The notes below the pieces were generated by a model. It saw nothing but the letters and a program-made list of their open reading frames with translations, was not told the origin of the DNA and searched no databases. A stretch of 63,283 bases of DNA, filler included, from Reclinomonas americana ATCC 50394 (lineage: Eukaryota), in the NCBI GenBank assembly GCA_048213135.1. It is 6 parts of 4 records of this genome, joined end to end, with 100 filler letters (N's around TTAATTAATTAA, not from the genome) between each part and the next. Parts side by side here need not be neighbours in the genome. Positions count along the whole stretch, not along the records: positions 56,954 to 60,519 come from PS015394.1; positions 60,620 to 63,283 come from PS015407.1; 4 more parts are not named here. One strand, given 5' to 3'. Positions 58,135-63,283 of the stretch are shown piece by piece. How positions within the stretch are numbered: position 1 is the first letter of the stretch; the number at the start of each line of letters is the position of its first letter. The translations under genes and the position numbers were made by a program.

Positions 58135-58928
58135 TCACATGCCACCCGCCTCCTCCCACTTCTTGACCACGACTCTGCGGTACTCCTCGGGGTGCGCCCA
58201 CAGCGCTGCCGCCTCGCCATTGAGCGGCGACTCGTTGTTGGGCTCACCCAACAGGCTCTGCAGGCTGAGCAGAATGGTGCGCACATTGTACGCGGCCGAC
58301 CACTTCTCCTTCAGGATGTCGAGGCAAATCGAGCCTCCCACAATGTCCACGTTCGGGTGGAAGCACGGCGTCACAAAGGTGACAGTCGGTGCTGAGAACG
58401 GATACGAGGAGGTGAACTTGATGTTCAGTCTGTACGACAAGCCCTCAAACACCTGCGCGCGTTGGAGGTCAGCGAGGAAGCACTCGCCCGTCTTCTTCTT
58501 GTGTGTTTTGAGCGATCGTCACTCACCGTTCCTGCGCTTCCATCAATAGTGGCCGCCCAGTTGAACAGATCGTCACCGTCGGGGAAGGCGGAGATGCCCG
58601 GAGTGCTGCTCATCTGTGTGTGTGTGTGTGCGCGGACGTTGAATGAGCAAAAACAAGAGGAAAAACCAACTGGCACGCGTCTCCTCTCTCAGAGCACAGC
58701 ACAAAGCTCACCATCAGGTTCAACAGCTCCGATTGCAGCCTGCACACGCGCACACAGAGAGAAAGAGAGAGAGAGGAGAGGAGCAGCGTGTCAGCAACAC
58801 CTTTTTCGTTTGTGTGACGCATTACCATTATCGCACCTCTTCACAGTGGCCTGTGCGTCGACAGGTGCACTCTGGTGCACATCAGAGCTCTTTGCCGGTG
58901 AGGCAGAAGCAGTTGCAGCAGTGGCCAT
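58135..58928 (-). CDS. UBE2C: Ubiquitin-conjugating enzyme E2 C (UbcH10/UBC19-20 type)
   Basis: N-terminal extension, then [31 protein letters not shown]...[50 protein letters not shown]. Confidence 0.93.
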
Positions 58929-59137
58929 TGTTAAGCTTTTCTTTTTGAAGGACGTTGTCTTCTCTCACGAATTGATGCGAAATGTGTTGAGGAAGACCGT
59001 TGGTCGGAGAAATGGACGAGCGCGTGCCTCTTTGCTAATCATTAGTGCTGTGTGTGTGCTGGAAGATGACGACAAGTGCGGTTGAGCGAGAGTTGTGTGA
59101 GGTCGGGCAGGAGTTGCGCGAGCGACTGGAGTGGCGA

Positions 59138-60070
59138 ATGGAGGTGGAGTTTGGAGGAAGTGGCGATCGGTGAGTGGCACTCACCTCACTCAGAGAAAGC
59201 AGGCACCAAAGGAGCGAGTGCAGAGCTAGAGAAGAGCAACTTGTCTTTCGTGTTGTCTCACACTTGTCTCCTGCGCAAAGGGTGGTGGTGAGTCCTGGCA
59301 CATCACCTGTGGCTGTGTGGAGCACCTTCTCGTTTGCCGAGGACTCTGTGCGCATGCATGTGACGCTGGATGTGCGACACGAGCTGGGACTGCTGTCGAC
59401 GCGCAAGTCGAATGCGTCGGCCAATCGTGATCGATTTGTGGTGCGTCTGTGCTGTCGCGAGGCACTGGAGGAGGCGAGCGAGTGGCGTTCGGTGGTGACG
59501 CGGCACTGTCGCTTGTCGGAGCCGTGCGGGAATGCGGTGTGCATGCTGGCGCCCGACGATGGGTCGTCGGTCACAGAGAAGAAGGTGGCACTCGTCGTGA
59601 TCATCTCTCTTGTTCGTCATGCATGGATCGAGGACTTGTCTGACATGGAGTGCGTAGTTTGGCACCGATGGGCAGTTTGTGTTCGCGTACACGGCCATTG
59701 TTGCCGCCGACGATGAGCTGGATGCGATGGAGCACTTGCGTGAGGTTGGCGGCTTTGCATTGCTTGCTCCTGTACATGTGTGCATTGACCCTCACCCTTC
59801 CCGACGCACGCACAGATCCGCTGTCACGTATCGCTGGTCGACGTGCTGCGCCTGCTCCTGTGGTAAGTCGCATCGCGGTCGTCCTTGCTTGTTCTGCGTC
59901 ACGTGTGTGTTGTTGTGCACAGAAGAAAGACTCGTGTACGCGAATCAAGATCAAGACTTGCAGCTGGAGTTGTCTCGGAAGAACTAATGACAGCCGAGGG
60001 CGATGCAGCGATGCAGGTGTGTCGTCTGTCAGTCTCTCTGATTTAATGCCAGCGAGATGCCGTCACTAAC
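59138..60070 (+). CDS. Hypothetical protein (multi-exon; 3' end uncertain)
   Basis: ATG at 59138, GT-AG intron, open exon of about 140 codons and further plausible exons. No recognisable motif. Confidence 0.4.
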
Positions 60071-60194
60071 TATAGCCCCTGCCAGCAGGAGGAAAACCAA
60101 CGAGGAGTTTCTCTACAAGAATACTCTCCTGCTGTTGACGCAGCGCGCACGTCGAGGCGACGCACGCGCGCCCGCCACCGGATCCACTGTCCCT

Positions 60195-60405
60195 CTAATT
60201 GTTGCTCGAGTAGAACATGCGAATGAACGTCATGAACAAGTTCTGCTCCCACACACACAAGCAAAGCAATGGTCAGGCTGGCCATGGGAATGGGCACTGT
60301 AAGGGAGCGTGTGTACCTTGAAGGTCAGGAAAAAGTCGACGCTCTGGTACAAATGATCCGACTGCTTGTAGTCCACGTACTCGGTAATCACACGCTGCAC
60401 GTCAT
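60195..60405 (-). CDS. 3' terminal exons of a Bax inhibitor-1/TMBIM family membrane protein (rest lost in gap)
   Basis: Spliced (Y)DVQRVITEYVDYKQSDHLYQSVDFFLTFK|NLFMTFIRMFYSSNN* resembles the TMBIM C-terminal pattern YDTQ-x-I...D...S...(D)xxNLF. Confidence 0.6.
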
Positions 60406-60684
60406 CTGCTCGACGCACGCAAGGGAGTAGTGAGACAAATGTCATCCCTCTCTTGTTGGGAACTGAGATGCAAGCTCTCTCCCCACTGCGCCTCTGCCTC
60501 TCCATGCAGCGATGAGACANNNNNNNNNNNNNNNNNNNNNNNNNNNNNNNNNNNNNNNNNNNNTTAATTAATTAANNNNNNNNNNNNNNNNNNNNNNNNN
60601 NNNNNNNNNNNNNNNNNNNCACGCAAATCTGTGCTTGGATGACACAGTGAGTGCGAGGGCACACAAGCAAGAGATCGACAGATA

Positions 60685-62173
60685 TCACCGAACTTCCCCG
60701 AGTTTGAGAGCGCCGAGCTCGATGCAGCAGCTTTCAAGATCAACAAGCAACCGTTGTTGTCGGGAACGGCAAGCATCGGCCTCCTCGTAGTCTTCGCCAG
60801 GAAAGCACCTACTCGATCCGCTTTCCCCACTGTTTCCTCCTCTCTTTTGAGCTGCAATTCTGGCCGACGATCGGACGTCAGTAATAGCGGCGGCCGACGA
60901 ATCGGGTGCGCTCGGTTGCGAGGTCTGGTCTCCGCCATTGCCGGATTGCTTCTTCTCGCCTTGGCCATCGTCGTCGCCTTCGTCGTCGCCGCCGTCGTCC
61001 TCGTCTCGCCATCCACACCCTCCACGAGATGACGATGGCGCTCCAGATCGACGCCCAGTGCTCCTGTACACAACAGTGGTGTACACCCGCTGCGCACACC
61101 ATGATCAGCAATTCACAAAAATTGCGACTTTGCTGCAATGTCCACGCAACTGCATCGTCCTCATTCAGATCTTGCTCAACACTCGCGGCCTCCTTCAGAG
61201 CCTCAATGAGCGCCGTCACAGCACCGATGTCGAAAGGGCCCCTCGGAAAAACGGCAAGGCAGTATTGTGCATGTCGATACAGAAGGGACATGTGCGGCTT
61301 CGACCAGGGTCGGGTATGCACGTGCGCGGTGTCAGCGAACAAGCGAATCGTCTCGTTGAGATCCAGCTCCGCCAGCGCATCCTTTCGGATCCGGAAACCG
61401 ACAACCCTGTCGTCAGCACAAGCATCCTGCCAGGTGAGCAATCCTCCCTTTTCGAAGTCAAACAATTGACCATCGGCCTGCATGAACGAAACGAAGCATC
61501 CAGTACACATGGTAAGTGATTGCAACAATGCGTAGATGCAGCATCATCATCTCTTACCGTCACGAAGAGCCTGAAGCTGTCAAACCGATCGTGCAATTTG
61601 GGTGGAAGCATAATGCAGTTCCGCGCACAGTACACAGCATGCGGCTGCCGCTGCCCTGCCATTTGGCAGCACAGTTGGTCCACAGTGTACTCCGCACATC
61701 GCTGTGCCAGAGGAGATCAATGGGCCGAGTACGACAAAGAAATTCAACGTCCAGACGTACGTTGACTGGCACAATGTGGCAGGCTTCGCATGCCTCGAGA
61801 TTCTCGAAAGCGCGAGACGCAGCGTACACGGCCATTTTCATTCCAGAAACCCGAAAACGCTGTGGAAGAACACCACAAACTACAGTCAGCTCACCGAATC
61901 ATAAAGGTGCATGGCGAAGGGATATGTACTCAACTGCCTCCGCACCGCGTCCGTATATGACGGACTGTATCCATTTTGCAATCAGGTCATCGCGATCGGC
62001 ATCACGCTGCGCAAGTTCGGCATCGCGTTCAGCCAGCTCACAACGGGCCTCATCGCGTTCGCTCTTGTACGCCATCTTCTTCTTCTTGTACGCCGCCATC
62101 TTTTTCTTGCACGCGGCAAGCTCGCCTTCGAGCCTCGCAACCGTGCTCTTCAGTTCACCGACTTCGACTGCAG
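60685..62173 (-). CDS. Coiled-coil plus HNH_2-type endonuclease domain protein; 5' part lies in or beyond the 62174-62490 gap
   Basis: Coiled coil ELKSTVARLEGELAA...ELAERDAELAQRDA. Spliced FRVSG...LEACHIVP...YCARNCIMLPPKLHDRFDSFRLFV, with downstream PHMSLLYRH. Confidence 0.7.
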
Positions 62174-63283
62174 NNNNNNNNNNNNNNNNNNNNNNNNNNN
62201 NNNNNNNNNNNNNNNNNNNNNNNNNNNNNNNNNNNNNNNNNNNNNNNNNNNNNNNNNNNNNNNNNNNNNNNNNNNNNNNNNNNNNNNNNNNNNNNNNNNN
62301 NNNNNNNNNNNNNNNNNNNNNNNNNNNNNNNNNNNNNNNNNNNNNNNNNNNNNNNNNNNNNNNNNNNNNNNNNNNNNNNNNNNNNNNNNNNNNNNNNNNN
62401 NNNNNNNNNNNNNNNNNNNNNNNNNNNNNNNNNNNNNNNNNNNNNNNNNNNNNNNNNNNNNNNNNNNNNNNNNNNNNNNNNNNNNNNNNNGAGAGAGAGA
62501 GAGAGAGAGAGAGATCCCGCGCAAATGGAGAACGGCAGAAACAAACAAAAAGACACAGACGAGCGAGCGCCTCTCACACACGACAAACAACAAGTGGGCG
62601 CAGGACGCGAAGTCGGAGTTTCTCAATCACCCTAACACGCCGTCGCTTCCAGCTCATGGCCGCAGTGTAAGTGGAGGGAATAACTCGATACACAGAGACT
62701 CTCAAAGAAACACAAAAGTACGTAAGTGCACACCAAACACTTCACGAAAAGTCATGATCAAGTTCATAATCAGACGACGTCGTACATGTAAAGTATAACA
62801 TCACCACATAATTGGAACACCAGAGTACAGCGAGACACTCAGAGACACAATGAGACCTCTCTCCCTCTCTCACACACAGCAGAGATCAGGATCGAGAGAG
62901 TGGGTGCCTCCGAAGGTCAGCATTCCGTGTGCACGATCAGTTCAACAACGCGTGAGTGTTGCGTGCCGTGAGCGTGGAGGCGCGAGGAAAATGAGAGCCA
63001 ACGGATACACGGCTTCACACACAAGCAGAAAGAGAGCCACGACGACAGATCTAGAGCAGGACAGGAAGAAAGAGACAGGGGAGAGGGATCTCGAAGGGAG
63101 ACAGAGCAAGAGTGATTGCAATCATCATAACCTCACCCCACAGCCAGCCGCTGATCCGTGGTGCCGCTGCCACTCCCCTCGGCAAGACCGGTGCCCTCCA
63201 AAACACTGTGATAGTCACAAGGCATAATCAGGAAAGCAGATCGACAACAAGAGTCAAGAGCAGTTCACTCGCGCTCACCTCAT

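Noticed and set aside
59138..59223. In-frame TGA suggesting selenocysteine or readthrough
   Set aside because: The TGA is part of a GTGAGT splice donor; a 54-nt (or 24-nt) GT-AG intron restores the frame.

Overview
Intron-rich, gene-dense eukaryotic (most likely protist) genomic scaffold. It uses the standard genetic code, has short mostly GT-AG introns rich in CA/CT microsatellites, many N gaps and five artificial N-TTAATTAATTAA-N linkers. Manual splicing supports about 20 genes. Conserved housekeeping genes: RanBP9/10-type CTLH subunit, sulfiredoxin, SEH1, HUS1, RPL10A, an OCA6-type phosphatase-fold protein and UBE2C. Other genes: two tandem paralogues of a large secreted multidomain protein ending in an L-type lectin domain, an NlpC/P60 cysteine hydrolase with a long disordered tail, a large WD40 protein, a giant protein with a 4-helix-bundle-like N-terminus and a Cbl-type EF-hand-like segment, a SIM-rich gene fragment, a STAND (NB-ARC-like) NTPase-TPR protein, a tandem-ubiquitin-like PY-motif membrane protein, a Bax-inhibitor-1-family 3' fragment and a coiled-coil HNH_2 nuclease. 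Three small contigs (inside the WD40 gene, SEH1 and RPL10A) are in the wrong orientation. The best leads are the possible NLR/4HB immunity or cell-death module, the HNH nuclease, the NlpC/P60 protein and the phage-like module in the lectin paralogues. All calls come from reading motifs by eye; no database searches were run.
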